From the human T2T-CHM13v2.0 reference genome, Homo sapiens, in the NCBI RefSeq assembly GCF_009914755.1, contig NC_060940.1: a DNA stretch of 64,000 nt. One strand, written 5' to 3'. The notes below the pieces were generated by a model. That model was not told where the DNA came from. It saw nothing but the letters and a program-made list of their open reading frames with translations, and did no database searches. Position numbers and translations under genes: made by a program. Of this stretch, positions 29,301-45,243 are shown piece after piece; the first letter of the stretch is position 1; every line of letters starts with the position of its first letter.

Positions 29301-32300
29301 TTCCATTCGATGATGATTGGATTCGATTCCATTTGATGATTTCATTTGATTCCATTCGTTAATGATTTCGATCAATTCCATTCGATGATTCCATTCGATT
29401 CCATTCGATAATGATTACATCCGAGTCCATTCGATGATTCCCTTTGAGCCCGTTCGATAATTCCATTTGAGTCCAACCAATGATTCCATTCATTTCCATT
29501 CAATGATTCCATTCGAGTCCATTTGATCATTCCGGTAGGGTCCATTCGATGTTGATTCCATTGGAGTGCATTCGATGATTCCATTCGAGTCCATTTTAGG
29601 ATTTGATTCGAGTCCTTTCGATGATTCCATTCGATTCCACTCGATGATGATTTCATTCGAGTCCATTCGACACTTCCAATCGATTCCATTTGATGATTCC
29701 ATTCGAGTCCAATTGATGATTCCATTCAATTCCATTCGATGATGATTCCGTACGATTCCATTCTGTGATGATTCCATGTGATTGCATTCAATGATGATTC
29801 CTTTCGATTGCATTCGATTATGATTCATTTCGTGTTCATTCTATGGTTCCACAGGTTTCCATTCGTGTCCATTCCATTATTCCATTCTATTCCATTTGAT
29901 GATGATTCCATTCGATTCCATTCATTGGTGATTCCACTCAATTCCATTCAATGATTCCATTCCATTTCTTTCAACAATGATTCCATTAGTTTCTAATCGA
30001 TGATCCACTTGATTCCATTTGACGACGATTCCATTCTTGTCCATTCGATGATTCCATTTGATTCCATATGATGATGATTCCATTCGATTCCATACCATGA
30101 TGATTCCATTCGAGTCCATTCAATGGTGATTCCATTCAATTCCATTCGATGATTCCTTTTGATTCCATTCGATGATGATGGCATTCGATTCCTTTCAATC
30201 ATTCCCTTTGATTCCATTCAAAGGTGATTTCATTCAAGTCCATTCGATAATTGCATTCGATTCCATTCTATGATGATTCCATTCGAGTCCATTTGATGAT
30301 TCCATTCAATTCAAGTCAATGATGATTCCATTCGATTCCATTCGATGATTCCATTGGATTCCATTCGATGATGATTCCATTCAAATCCATTCGATAATTC
30401 AATTCAAGTCCATTCGATGATGATTCCAATCGAATCCATTCAAAGATTCCATTCAGTTCCATTCGATGATTCCCTTAGATTCCATTCGATGATTCCACTT
30501 GATTGCATTTACGATGATTCCATTCGATTCCATGTGATGATTCCATTCAATTCTATTCAATGATGTCTCCATTTGATTCCATTCGACCATGATTGCCTTT
30601 GATTCCATTCAATGATTCCATTCGGTTCCGTTTGATGATGATTCCGTTCGATTCCATTTGATGATTCCATTTGATTCCATTGGATGAGTCCATTCGATTA
30701 CATTCGATGATTATTCCATTCGAGTGCATTAGATGATTCCATTCGAGTCCATTCGATGATTCCATTCGATTCCATTCGATGTTGATTCTGTTCAAATCCA
30801 TTCGATGATTCCACTCGATTCCATTCGATGACTCCATTTGATCCCATTCGATGATTTCCTTTGATTCCCTTTGATGATCATTCCATTTGATTCAATTCGG
30901 TGATTTCATTTGATTCCATTCAGTGATGTTTCCATTCGACTCCATTCGATGATGATTCCATTCGACTCCATTCGATTATGATTTCATTCAATTCCATTCG
31001 ATAATGATTCCCTTCGAGTCCATTCGATGATTCCATTCGATTCCATTCAACGATGATTTGATTCGTGTCCATTCGATGATTCCATTTGATTCCACTTGAT
31101 GATGATTCCATTCGAGTCCATTTGATGATTCCATTCAATTCCATACTCCGATGATTTCTTTTGAGCCCACTCAATGCTTCCACTCGATTCCATATGATGA
31201 TGACTCCATTCGATGAAATTCGATGATGATTCCATTCGCTTGCTTTCGATGATGATTCCACTTGAGTCCGTTAGAAGATTCTATTCAATTACATTCCATG
31301 ACGATTCCGTTCGAGTCCATTTGATGATTCCATTAGACTCCATTCGACGATGATTCCATTCGATGTTATTCGATGATTCCATTCGATCTCATTCGATGAT
31401 GATTCCATTCAACTCCATTCGATGTTTCCATTCGAGTTCATTCTATTATTCCATTAGATTCCATTCGATGATGATTCCATTCGATTCCATTTGATGATTG
31501 CATTCTATTTCATTTGATGATGATTCCATTCGAGTCCACTCGATGATTCCATTCGAGTCCATTTAATGAATCCATTGGTTTCAATTCTATGATGATTACA
31601 TTGGATTCCATTCGTTGATGATTTCATTCGGTTCCATTCAATGATGATTCCATTCAATTCCTTTCAATGTTTCCATTCAATTCCATACGATGATGATTCC
31701 ATTTGATTTGATTCGACAGTGAGCCATTCGATTCAATTCCATGATGATTCTATTTGATTCAATTGGTTGACATTTCCATTCGATTCCATTCGATGATGAT
31801 TCCCTTTGATTCCGTTCAAAGATGATTCCATTCTAGCCCATTCAATCATTCCATTCGATTCTATTCAATGATGATTCCATTCATGTCGATTTGGTGATTC
31901 CATTTGACTTCATTTGATGATGATTCCTTTCAAGTTCATTAGATGATTCCATTCGATTCCATTTGATGATGATCCCATTCGAGTCCATTCAGTGATTCCA
32001 TTCGTTTCCATTCCATGATGATTCCATTCCTTTCCATTCAATGATTCCATTCGATTCCGTTTGATGATGATTTCATTCGAGTCCATTTGATGATTCCATT
32101 TGATTCCATTCGATGATGATTCCATTCGAGTCCATTCGATGATTCTATTCGAATCCATTTGATGATTTCTTTTGATTATATTTGGTGATGATTCCATTGG
32201 AGTCCATTCAATGATTCCATTCTATTCCAATCGATGATGATTCCATTAGAGTCCATTTAATGATTCCATTTGATTCCAGTCTCTGATGATTACATTCGAG

Positions 32301-35300
32301 TCCATACGATGATTCCACTCAATTCCATATGATGATGATTCCATTTGATTCCATTCGGTGATTCCATTCTATTCTATTCAATGGTGATTCCATTCGAGTA
32401 CATTAGATGATTCCATTCGATTCCATTCAATGATGATTCTATTTGTGTCCCTTAGATGATTCCACATGATTCCATTAGATGATGATACTATTTGAGCCCA
32501 TCCAATGATTCCCTTCGATTCCATTCGATGAGGATTCCATTCGATTCAATTCATTGGTGATTCTATTCAATTCAATTCTTTGATTCCATTCCATTCCATT
32601 CGACAATGATTCCATTCGATTTCTTTCGATGATTCCACTCGATTCCACTTGACATTGATTCCATTCGATTCCATTCAATGATTCCATTTGATTCCAGTGG
32701 ATGATGATTGCCATCGATTCCATTCGATCACTCCATTCTATTCCATTTGATGATGATTACATTCGATTCCATTTGATGATTCCATCTGATTCTATTCGAG
32801 GATTCCATTTGATTCCATTCGATGATGATTCCATTCGAGTCCATTCGATGATTTCATTCCAGTACATCCAATGATTCCATTCGAGTCCATTAGATGATTC
32901 CATTTGATTCCATTTGAAAATGATTCTACTAGAGTCCATTCAATGACTCCATTCGAGTCCATTCAACAATTCCATTCGACTCCATTCGATGATTCCATTC
33001 GATTCCATTTGATGGTTCCATTCGAGTCCATTTAATCATTACAGTCGAGTCCATTTGGTGATTCCACTGGATTTCTTTTGATAATGATACCATTCAATTA
33101 CATTTGATGATGATCCCATTCAATTTCATTTGATGATGATTCCATTAGAGTCCATTCGATGATTTCATTCGAGTCCCTTCATTGATTCCATCCGATTTCA
33201 TTGGATGATGACTCCATTCGAGTCCATTCGATGATTCCACTCGATTCCATTAGATGACTCCATTGGAGTCCATTTGATTGTTCCATTCGATTCCATTCGA
33301 TTCCTTTCGAAGATTATTCCATTTGAGTCCATTCGATGATGATTCCATTCCATTCCATTCGATGATTCCGTTTGATTCCATTCGATGATTCCCTTCGATT
33401 CCTTTCTTTGATGATTCCATTCCGTTCCATTCAATGATTCCATTCGAATCTATTCCATGATGATTCCTTTCGATTCCATTCGCTGATGTTTCCGTTCAAT
33501 TCCATTCGATGATGATTCCATTCGATTCCATTCATTGAGGATTCCATTTGATTCCATTCAATGATGATTCCATTCTATTCCATTCAATGATTGCATTCAA
33601 TTCCATTCAATGATTATCCCATTAGAGTAAACTCAACGATTCCATTCAATACCATTCGATGATGATTCCTTTTGAGTCCATTCAATGATTTCATTCAAGT
33701 TCATTTGATGATTCCTTTCAATTCCATTCTATGATGATTCCATTCGAGTCAATTCGATGATTCCATTCGATTGCATTCGATGATTCCATTATATTCCATT
33801 CAACGGTGATTCCATTCGAGTCCATTCCATGATTCCATTAGAGTACATTTAATGATTGCTTTGTTTTCAATTCGAAGATGATTACATTGGATTCCATTCT
33901 ATGATACCATTCGATTCCATTCAATGATGATTCCACTCAAATCCATTGGATGATTCCATTCGTGTCCATTCGGTGATTTCATTAGATTCCATTCGAGGAT
34001 GATTCCATTCGATTCCATTCGATGATTCCATTCAATTCCATTCGATGATGATTCCATTCCAGTCCATATGATCATTCCATTTGATTTCATTCGATGATGA
34101 TTCCATTCGATTCGATTCGACGATTCCATTCTATTCCATTCGATGATGATTCCATTCGAGTCCATTCGATGATTGCATTCGAGTCCATTTAATGATTCCA
34201 TTGGGTTCAATTCAATGATGATTACATTGGATTCCGTTCTATGATTCCATTCAATTCCGTTCATTGACAATTTGATTCCATTCGATGATGATTCCATTTG
34301 AGTTCATTCGATGATTCTATTTGATTCTCTTCGATGGTGATTCAATTCTATTATATTGGATGATTCCATTCGATTCCATTTGATGTTGATTCAATTCGAT
34401 TCTATTCGATGATGATTCCATTGGATTCCACTTGATGATTGTATTCGATTCCATTCAATGATGATTCACTTCTCGTCCATTGGATGATTCCATTTCATTC
34501 CATTCGATGATGATTCCATTCGATTCCATTCGATGATTCCATTTGATTCCATGCGACGGTGAGCAATTCGATTCAATTCCATGATGATTCTATTTGATTC
34601 AATTAGATGATGTTTCCATTCGAATCCATTCCATGATTATTCCATTGGAATCCATTTGGCGATGATTCCATATGAGTCAATTCAATGATGATTCCATATG
34701 GGTCCGTTCGATGATAATTCCATTTGATTTCATTCGATGCTTCTATTCTATTCCAGTCAATGATGATTCCGTTGGAGTCCATACGATGATTCCATTTGAT
34801 TTCATTTGATGATGATTCCATTCGATGATGATTACATTGGATTCCATTCTATGATTCCATTCAATTCCATTCGTTGATGATTCGATTCCATTCAATGATG
34901 ATTCCATTTGAGTTCATTCGATGATTCTATTCGATTCCGTTCGATGGTGATTCAATTCTTTTATATTGGATGATTCCACTCGATTCCATTTGATGATTAT
35001 TCCATTGGAGTCCACTTAGTGAATCCTTTAGATTCTACTCGACGATGATTCCATTCGAGTCCATTCGATGATACCATTCAATTCCATTCGTTGATGCTTC
35101 CATTCAAGTGCATTCGATGATATCATTCAATTCCATTTGATGATAATTCCATTTGATTCCATGCGATGATTCTATTCGATTCCATTCAATGATAATTCCA
35201 TTCAATTCAGTGATTCCTCTGGACTCCATTTGATGATGATTCCATTCAATGATTCCATTCGATTCTATTCGAAAACGATTCCATTTGAATCCATTTGATG

Positions 35301-38300
35301 ATGATTCCATTAGATTCCATTTGATGATTCCATTCGATTCCATTCGACGATGATTCCATTCGATTCCGTTTGATGATTCCATTCTATTCTATTCGATGAT
35401 GATTCCATTCGATTCCATTCGATGATGATTGGATTCGATTCCATTTGATGATTTCATTTGATTCCATTCGTTAATGATTTCGATCAATTCCATTCGATGA
35501 TTCCATTCGATTCCATTCGATAATGATTACATCCGAGTCCATTCGATGATTCCCTTTGAGCCCGTTCGATAATTCCATTTGAGTCCAACCAATGATTCCA
35601 TTCATTTCCATTCAATGATTCCATTCGAGTCCATTTGATCATTCCGGTAGGGTCCATTCGATGTTGATTCCATTGGAGTGCATTCGATGATTCCATTCGA
35701 GTCCATTTTAGGATTTGATTCGAGTCCTTTCGATGATTCCATTCGATTCCACTCGATGATGATTTCATTCGAGTCCATTCGACACTTCCAATCGATTCCA
35801 TTTGATGATTCCATTCGAGTCCAATTGATGATTCCATTCAATTCCATTCGATGATGATTCCGTACGATTCCATTCTGTGATGATTCCATGTGATTGCATT
35901 CAATGATGATTCCTTTCGATTGCATTCGATTATGATTCATTTCGTGTTCATTCTATGGTTCCACAGGTTTCCATTCGTGTCCATTCCATTATTCCATTCT
36001 ATTCCATTTGATGATGATTCCATTCGATTCCATTCATTGGTGATTCCACTCAATTCCATTCAATGATTCCATTCCATTTCTTTCAACAATGATTCCATTA
36101 GTTTCTAATCGATGATCCACTTGATTCCATTTGACGACGATTCCATTCTTGTCCATTCGATGATTCCATTTGATTCCATATGATGATGATTCCATTCGAT
36201 TCCATACCATGATGATTCCATTCGAGTCCATTCAATGGTGATTCCATTCAATTCCATTCGATGATTCCTTTTGATTCCATTCGATGATGATGGCATTCGA
36301 TTCCTTTCAATCATTCCCTTTGATTCCATTCAAAGGTGATTTCATTCAAGTCCATTCGATAATTGCATTCGATTCCATTCTATGATGATTCCATTCGAGT
36401 CCATTTGATGATTCCATTCAATTCAAGTCAATGATGATTCCATTCGATTCCATTCGATGATTCCATTGGATTCCATTCGATGATGATTCCATTCAAATCC
36501 ATTCGATAATTCAATTCAAGTCCATTCGATGATGATTCCAATCGAATCCATTCAAAGATTCCATTCAGTTCCATTCGATGATTCCCTTAGATTCCATTCG
36601 ATGATTCCACTTGATTGCATTTACGATGATTCCATTCGATTCCATGTGATGATTCCATTCAATTCTATTCAATGATGTCTCCATTTGATTCCATTCGACC
36701 ATGATTGCCTTTGATTCCATTCAATGATTCCATTCGGTTCCGTTTGATGATGATTCCGTTCGATTCCATTTGATGATTCCATTTGATTCCATTGGATGAG
36801 TCCATTCGATTACATTCGATGATTATTCCATTCGAGTGCATTAGATGATTCCATTCGAGTCCATTCGATGATTCCATTCGATTCCATTCGATGTTGATTC
36901 TGTTCAAATCCATTCGATGATTCCACTCGATTCCATTCGATGACTCCATTTGATCCCATTCGATGATTTCCTTTGATTCCCTTTGATGATCATTCCATTT
37001 GATTCAATTCGGTGATTTCATTTGATTCCATTCAGTGATGTTTCCATTCGACTCCATTCGATGATGATTCCATTCGACTCCATTCGATTATGATTTCATT
37101 CAATTCCATTCGATAATGATTCCCTTCGAGTCCATTCGATGATTCCATTCGATTCCATTCAACGATGATTTGATTCGTGTCCATTCGATGATTCCATTTG
37201 ATTCCACTTGATGATGATTCCATTCGAGTCCATTTGATGATTCCATTCAATTCCATACTCCGATGATTTCTTTTGAGCCCACTCAATGCTTCCACTCGAT
37301 TCCATATGATGATGACTCCATTCGATGAAATTCGATGATGATTCCATTCGCTTGCTTTCGATGATGATTCCACTTGAGTCCGTTAGAAGATTCTATTCAA
37401 TTACATTCCATGACGATTCCGTTCGAGTCCATTTGATGATTCCATTAGACTCCATTCGACGATGATTCCATTCGATGTTATTCGATGATTCCATTCGATC
37501 TCATTCGATGATGATTCCATTCAACTCCATTCGATGTTTCCATTCGAGTTCATTCTATTATTCCATTAGATTCCATTCGATGATGATTCCATTCGATTCC
37601 ATTTGATGATTGCATTCTATTTCATTTGATGATGATTCCATTCGAGTCCACTCGATGATTCCATTCGAGTCCATTTAATGAATCCATTGGTTTCAATTCT
37701 ATGATGATTACATTGGATTCCATTCGTTGATGATTTCATTCGGTTCCATTCAATGATGATTCCATTCAATTCCTTTCAATGTTTCCATTCAATTCCATAC
37801 GATGATGATTCCATTTGATTTGATTCGACAGTGAGCCATTCGATTCAATTCCATGATGATTCTATTTGATTCAATTGGTTGACATTTCCATTCGATTCCA
37901 TTCGATGATGATTCCCTTTGATTCCGTTCAAAGATGATTCCATTCTAGCCCATTCAATCATTCCATTCGATTCTATTCAATGATGATTCCATTCATGTCG
38001 ATTTGGTGATTCCATTTGACTTCATTTGATGATGATTCCTTTCAAGTTCATTAGATGATTCCATTCGATTCCATTTGATGATGATCCCATTCGAGTCCAT
38101 TCAGTGATTCCATTCGTTTCCATTCCATGATGATTCCATTCCTTTCCATTCAATGATTCCATTCGATTCCGTTTGATGATGATTTCATTCGAGTCCATTT
38201 GATGATTCCATTTGATTCCATTCGATGATGATTCCATTCGAGTCCATTCGATGATTCTATTCGAATCCATTTGATGATTTCTTTTGATTATATTTGGTGA

Positions 38301-41300
38301 TGATTCCATTGGAGTCCATTCAATGATTCCATTCTATTCCAATCGATGATGATTCCATTAGAGTCCATTTAATGATTCCATTTGATTCCAGTCTCTGATG
38401 ATTACATTCGAGTCCATACGATGATTCCACTCAATTCCATATGATGATGATTCCATTTGATTCCATTCGGTGATTCCATTCTATTCTATTCAATGGTGAT
38501 TCCATTCGAGTACATTAGATGATTCCATTCGATTCCATTCAATGATGATTCTATTTGTGTCCCTTAGATGATTCCACATGATTCCATTAGATGATGATAC
38601 TATTTGAGCCCATCCAATGATTCCCTTCGATTCCATTCGATGAGGATTCCATTCGATTCAATTCATTGGTGATTCTATTCAATTCAATTCTTTGATTCCA
38701 TTCCATTCCATTCGACAATGATTCCATTCGATTTCTTTCGATGATTCCACTCGATTCCACTTGACATTGATTCCATTCGATTCCATTCAATGATTCCATT
38801 TGATTCCAGTGGATGATGATTGCCATCGATTCCATTCGATCACTCCATTCTATTCCATTTGATGATGATTACATTCGATTCCATTTGATGATTCCATCTG
38901 ATTCTATTCGAGGATTCCATTTGATTCCATTCGATGATGATTCCATTCGAGTCCATTCGATGATTTCATTCCAGTACATCCAATGATTCCATTCGAGTCC
39001 ATTAGATGATTCCATTTGATTCCATTTGAAAATGATTCTACTAGAGTCCATTCAATGACTCCATTCGAGTCCATTCAACAATTCCATTCGACTCCATTCG
39101 ATGATTCCATTCGATTCCATTTGATGGTTCCATTCGAGTCCATTTAATCATTACAGTCGAGTCCATTTGGTGATTCCACTGGATTTCTTTTGATAATGAT
39201 ACCATTCAATTACATTTGATGATGATCCCATTCAATTTCATTTGATGATGATTCCATTAGAGTCCATTCGATGATTTCATTCGAGTCCCTTCATTGATTC
39301 CATCCGATTTCATTGGATGATGACTCCATTCGAGTCCATTCGATGATTCCACTCGATTCCATTAGATGACTCCATTGGAGTCCATTTGATTGTTCCATTC
39401 GATTCCATTCGATTCCTTTCGAAGATTATTCCATTTGAGTCCATTCGATGATGATTCCATTCCATTCCATTCGATGATTCCGTTTGATTCCATTCGATGA
39501 TTCCCTTCGATTCCTTTCTTTGATGATTCCATTCCGTTCCATTCAATGATTCCATTCGAATCTATTCCATGATGATTCCTTTCGATTCCATTCGCTGATG
39601 TTTCCGTTCAATTCCATTCGATGATGATTCCATTCGATTCCATTCATTGAGGATTCCATTTGATTCCATTCAATGATGATTCCATTCTATTCCATTCAAT
39701 GATTGCATTCAATTCCATTCAATGATTATCCCATTAGAGTAAACTCAACGATTCCATTCAATACCATTCGATGATGATTCCTTTTGAGTCCATTCAATGA
39801 TTTCATTCAAGTTCATTTGATGATTCCTTTCAATTCCATTCTATGATGATTCCATTCGAGTCAATTCGATGATTCCATTCGATTGCATTCGATGATTCCA
39901 TTATATTCCATTCAACGGTGATTCCATTCGAGTCCATTCCATGATTCCATTAGAGTACATTTAATGATTGCTTTGTTTTCAATTCGAAGATGATTACATT
40001 GGATTCCATTCTATGATACCATTCGATTCCATTCAATGATGATTCCACTCAAATCCATTGGATGATTCCATTCGTGTCCATTCGGTGATTTCATTAGATT
40101 CCATTCGAGGATGATTCCATTCGATTCCATTCGATGATTCCATTCAATTCCATTCGATGATGATTCCATTCCAGTCCATATGATCATTCCATTTGATTTC
40201 ATTCGATGATGATTCCATTCGATTCGATTCGACGATTCCATTCTATTCCATTCGATGATGATTCCATTCGAGTCCATTCGATGATTGCATTCGAGTCCAT
40301 TTAATGATTCCATTGGGTTCAATTCAATGATGATTACATTGGATTCCGTTCTATGATTCCATTCAATTCCGTTCATTGACAATTTGATTCCATTCGATGA
40401 TGATTCCATTTGAGTTCATTCGATGATTCTATTTGATTCTCTTCGATGGTGATTCAATTCTATTATATTGGATGATTCCATTCGATTCCATTTGATGTTG
40501 ATTCAATTCGATTCTATTCGATGATGATTCCATTGGATTTCACTTGATGATTGTATTCGATTCCATTCAATGATGATTCACTTCTCGTCCATTGGATGAT
40601 TCCATTTCATTCCATTCGATGATGATTCCATTCGATTCCATTCGATGATTCCATTTGATTCCATGCGACGGTGAGCAATTCGATTCAATTCCATGATGAT
40701 TCTATTTGATTCAATTAGATGATGTTTCCATTCGAATCCATTCCATGATTATTCCATTGGAATCCATTTGGCGATGATTCCATATGAGTCAATTCAATGA
40801 TGATTCCATATGGGTCCGTTCGATGATAATTCCATTTGATTTCATTCGATGCTTCTATTCTATTCCAGTCAATGATGATTCCGTTGGAGTCCATACGATG
40901 ATTCCATTTGATTTCATTTGATGATGATTCCATTCGATGATGATTACATTGGATTCCATTCTATGATTCCATTCAATTCCATTCGTTGATGATTCGATTC
41001 CATTCAATGATGATTCCATTTGAGTTCATTCGATGATTCTATTCGATTCCGTTCGATGGTGATTCAATTCTTTTATATTGGATGATTCCACTCGATTCCA
41101 TTTGATGATTATTCCATTGGAGTCCACTTAGGGAATCCTTTAGATTCTACTCGACGATGATTCCATTCGAGTCCATTCGATGATACCATTCAATTCCATT
41201 CGTTGATGCTTCCATTCAAGTGCATTCGATGATATCATTCGATTCCATTTGATGATAATTCCATTTGATTCCATGCGATGATTCTATTCGATTCCATTCA

Positions 41301-41757
41301 ATGATAATTCCATTCAATTCAGTGATTCCTCTGGACTCCATTTGATGATGATTCCATTCAATGATTCCATTCGATTCTATTCGAAAATGATTCCATTTGA
41401 ATCCATTTGATGATGATTCCATTAGATTCCATTTGATGATTCCATTCGATTCCATTCGACGATGATTCCATTCGATTCCGTTTGATGATTCCATTCTATT
41501 CTATTCGATGATGATTCCATTCGATTCCATTCGATGATGATTGGATTCGATTCCATTTGATGATTTCATTTGATTCCATTCGTTAATGATTTCGATCAAT
41601 TCCATTCGATGATTCCATTCGATTCCATTCGATAATGATTACATCCGAGTCCATTCGATGATTCCCTTTGAGCCCGTTCGATAATTCCATTTGAGTCCAA
41701 CCAATGATTCCATTCATTTCCATTCAATGATTCCATTCGAGTCCATTTGATCATTCC
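17310..41757 (+). repeat. Four full-length 6112-bp HOR units (starts 17310, 23422, 29534, 35646)
   Basis: Anchors and ORF-track landmarks recur at exact 6112-bp offsets (e.g. 17266, 23378, 29490, 35602, 41714). Copies differ only by scattered substitutions. Confidence 0.96.
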
Positions 41758-44700
41758 GGTAGGGTCCATTCGATGTTGATTCCATTGGAGTGCATTCGAT
41801 GATTCCATTCGAGTCCATTTTAGGATTTGATTCGAGTCCTTTCGATGATTCCATTCGATTCCACTCGATGATGATTTCATTCGAGTCCATTCGACACTTC
41901 CAATCGATTCCATTTGATGATTCCATTCGAGTCCAATTGATGATTCCATTCAATTCCATTCGATGATGATTCCGTACGATTCCATTCTGTGATGATTCCA
42001 TGTGATTGCATTCAATGATGATTCCTTTCGATTGCATTCGATTATGATTCATTTCGTGTTCATTCTATGGTTCCACAGGTTTCCATTCGTGTCCATTCCA
42101 TTATTCCATTCTATTCCATTTGATGATGATTCCATTCGATTCCATTCATTGGTGATTCCACTCAATTCCATTCAATGATTCCATTCCATTTCTTTCAACA
42201 ATGATTCCATTAGTTTCTAATCGATGATCCACTTGATTCCATTTGACGACGATTCCATTCTTGTCCATTCGATGATTCCATTTGATTCCATATGATGATG
42301 ATTCCATTCGATTCCATACCATGATGATTCCATTCGAGTCCATTCAATGGTGATTCCATTCAATTCCATTCGATGATTCCTTTTGATTCCATTCGATGAT
42401 GATGGCATTCGATTCCTTTCAATCATTCCCTTTGATTCCATTCAAAGGTGATTTCATTCAAGTCCATTCGATAATTGCATTCGATTCCATTCTATGATGA
42501 TTCCATTCGAGTCCATTTGATGATTCCATTCAATTCAAGTCAATGATGATTCCATTCGATTCCATTCGATGATTCCATTGGATTCCATTCGATGATGATT
42601 CCATTCAAATCCATTCGATAATTCAATTCAAGTCCATTCGATGATGATTCCAATCGAATCCATTCAAAGATTCCATTCAGTTCCATTCGATGATTCCCTT
42701 AGATTCCATTCGATGATTCCACTTGATTGCATTTACGATGATTCCATTCGATTCCATGTGATGATTCCATTCAATTCTATTCAATGATGTCTCCATTTGA
42801 TTCCATTCAACCATGATTGCCTTTGATTCCATTCAATGATTCCATTCGGTTCCGTTTGATGATGATTCCGTTCGATTCCATTTGATGATTCCATTTGATT
42901 CCATTGGATGAGTCCATTCGATTACATTCGATGATTATTCCTTTCGAGTGCATTAGATGATTCCATTCGAGTCCATTCGATGATTCCATTCGATTCCATT
43001 CGATGTTGATTCTGTTCAAATCCATTCGATGATTCCACTCGATTCCATTCGTTGACTCCATTTGATCTCATTCGATGATTTCCTTTGATTCCCTTTGATG
43101 ATCATTCCATTTGATTCAATTCGGTGATTTCATTTGATTCCATTCAGTGATGTTTCCATTCGACTCCATTCGATGATGATTCCATTCGACTCCATTCGAT
43201 TATGATTTCATTCAATTCCATTCGATAATGATTCCCTTCGAGTCCATTCGATGATTCCATTCGATTCCATTCAACGATGATTTGATTCGTGTCCATTCGA
43301 TGATTCCATTTGATTCCACTTGATGATGATTCCATTCGAGTCCATTTGATGATTCCATTCAATTCCATACTCCGATGATTTCTTTTGAGCCCACTCAATG
43401 CTTCCACTCGATTCCATATGATGATGACTCCATTCGATGAAATTCGATGATGATTCCATTCGCTTGCTTTCGATGATGATTCCACTTGAGTCCGTTAGAA
43501 GATTCTATTCAATTACATTCCATGACGATTCCGTTCGAGTCCATTTGATGATTCCATTAGACTCCATTCGACGATGATTCCATTCGATGTTATTCGATGA
43601 TTCCATTCGATCTCATTCGATGATGATTCCATTCAACTCCATTCGATGTTTCCATTCGAGCTCATTCTATTATTCCATTAGATTCCATTCGATGATGATT
43701 CCATTCGATTCCATTTGATGATTGCATTCTATTTCATTCGATGATGATTCCATTCGAGTCCACTCGATGATTCCATTCGAGTCCATTTAATGATTCCATT
43801 GGGTTCAATTCAATGATGATTACATTGGATTCCGTTCTATGATTCCATTCAATTCCATTCATTGACAATTTGATTCCATTCGATGATGATTCCATTTGAG
43901 TTCATTCGATGATTCTATTCGATTCTCTTCGATGGTGATTCAATTCTATTATATTGGATGATTCCATTCGATTCCATTTGAGGTTGATTCAATTCGATTC
44001 TATTCGATGATGATTCCATTGGATTTCACTTGATGATTCTATTCGATTCCATTCAATGATGATTCACTTCTCGTCCATTGGATGATTCCATTTCATTCCA
44101 TTCGATGATGATTCCATTCGATTCCATTCGATGATTCCATTTGATTCCATGCGACGGTGAGCAATTCGATTCAATTCCATGATGATTCTATTTGATTCAA
44201 TTAGATGATGTTTCCATTCGAATCCATTCCATGATTATTCCATTGGAATCCATTCGGCGATGATTCCATATGAGTCAATTCAATGATGATTCCATATGGG
44301 TCCGTTCGATGATAATTCCATTTGATTTCATTCGATGCTTCTATTCTATTCCAGTCGATGATGATTCCGTTGGAGTCCATACGATGATTCCATTTGATTT
44401 CATTTGATGATGATTCCATTCGATGATGATTACATTGGATTCCATTCTATGATTCCATTCAATTCCATTCGTTGATGATTCGATTCCATTCAATGATGAT
44501 TCCATTTGAGTTCATTCGATGATTCTATTCGATTCCGTTCGATGGTGATTCAATTCTATTATATTGGATGATTCCACTCGATTCCATTTGATGATTATTC
44601 CATTGGAGTCCACTTAGTGAATCCTTTAGATTCTACTCGACGATGATTCCATTCGAGTCCATTCGATGATACCATTCAATTCCATTCGTTGATGCTTCCA

Positions 44701-45243
44701 TTCAAGTGCATTCGATGATATCATTCGATTCCATTTGATGATAATTCCATTTGATTCCATTCGATGATTCTATTCGATTCCATTCAAAGATAATTCCATT
44801 CAATTCAGTGATTCCTCTGGACTCCATTTGATGATGATTCCATTCAATGATTCCATTCGATTCTATTCGAAAATGATTCCATTTGAATCCATTTGATGAT
44901 GATTCCATTAGATTCCATTTGATGATTCCATTCGATTCCATTCGACGATGATTCCATTCGATTCCGTTTGATGATTCCATTCTATTCTATTCGATGATGA
45001 TTCCATTCGATTCCATTCGATGATGATTGGATTCGATTCCATTTGATGATTTCATTTGATTCCATTCGTTAATGATTTCGATCAATTCCATTCGATGATT
45101 CCATTCGATTCCATTCGATAATGATTACATCCGAGTCCATTCGATGATTCCCTTTGAGCCCGTTCGATAATTCCATTTGAGTCCAACCAATGATTCCATT
45201 CATTTCCATTCAATGATTCCATTCGAGTCCATTTGATCATTCC
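41758..45243 (+). repeat. HOR unit 8, 3486 bp (2626-bp internal deletion)
   Basis: Landmark offsets shift by 2626 between 43485 and 44201. The hybrid junction lies within 43764-43793. Confidence 0.92.

Noticed and set aside
43658-43663. Unique GAGCTC (SacI) site
   Set aside because: A single private substitution (GAGTTC to GAGCTC), useful only as a marker.
41758-45243. Deletion size 2626 = 101 x 26
   Set aside because: Probably coincidence. Monomers vary in length, and the 1028-bp and 3832-bp events are not multiples of 26.
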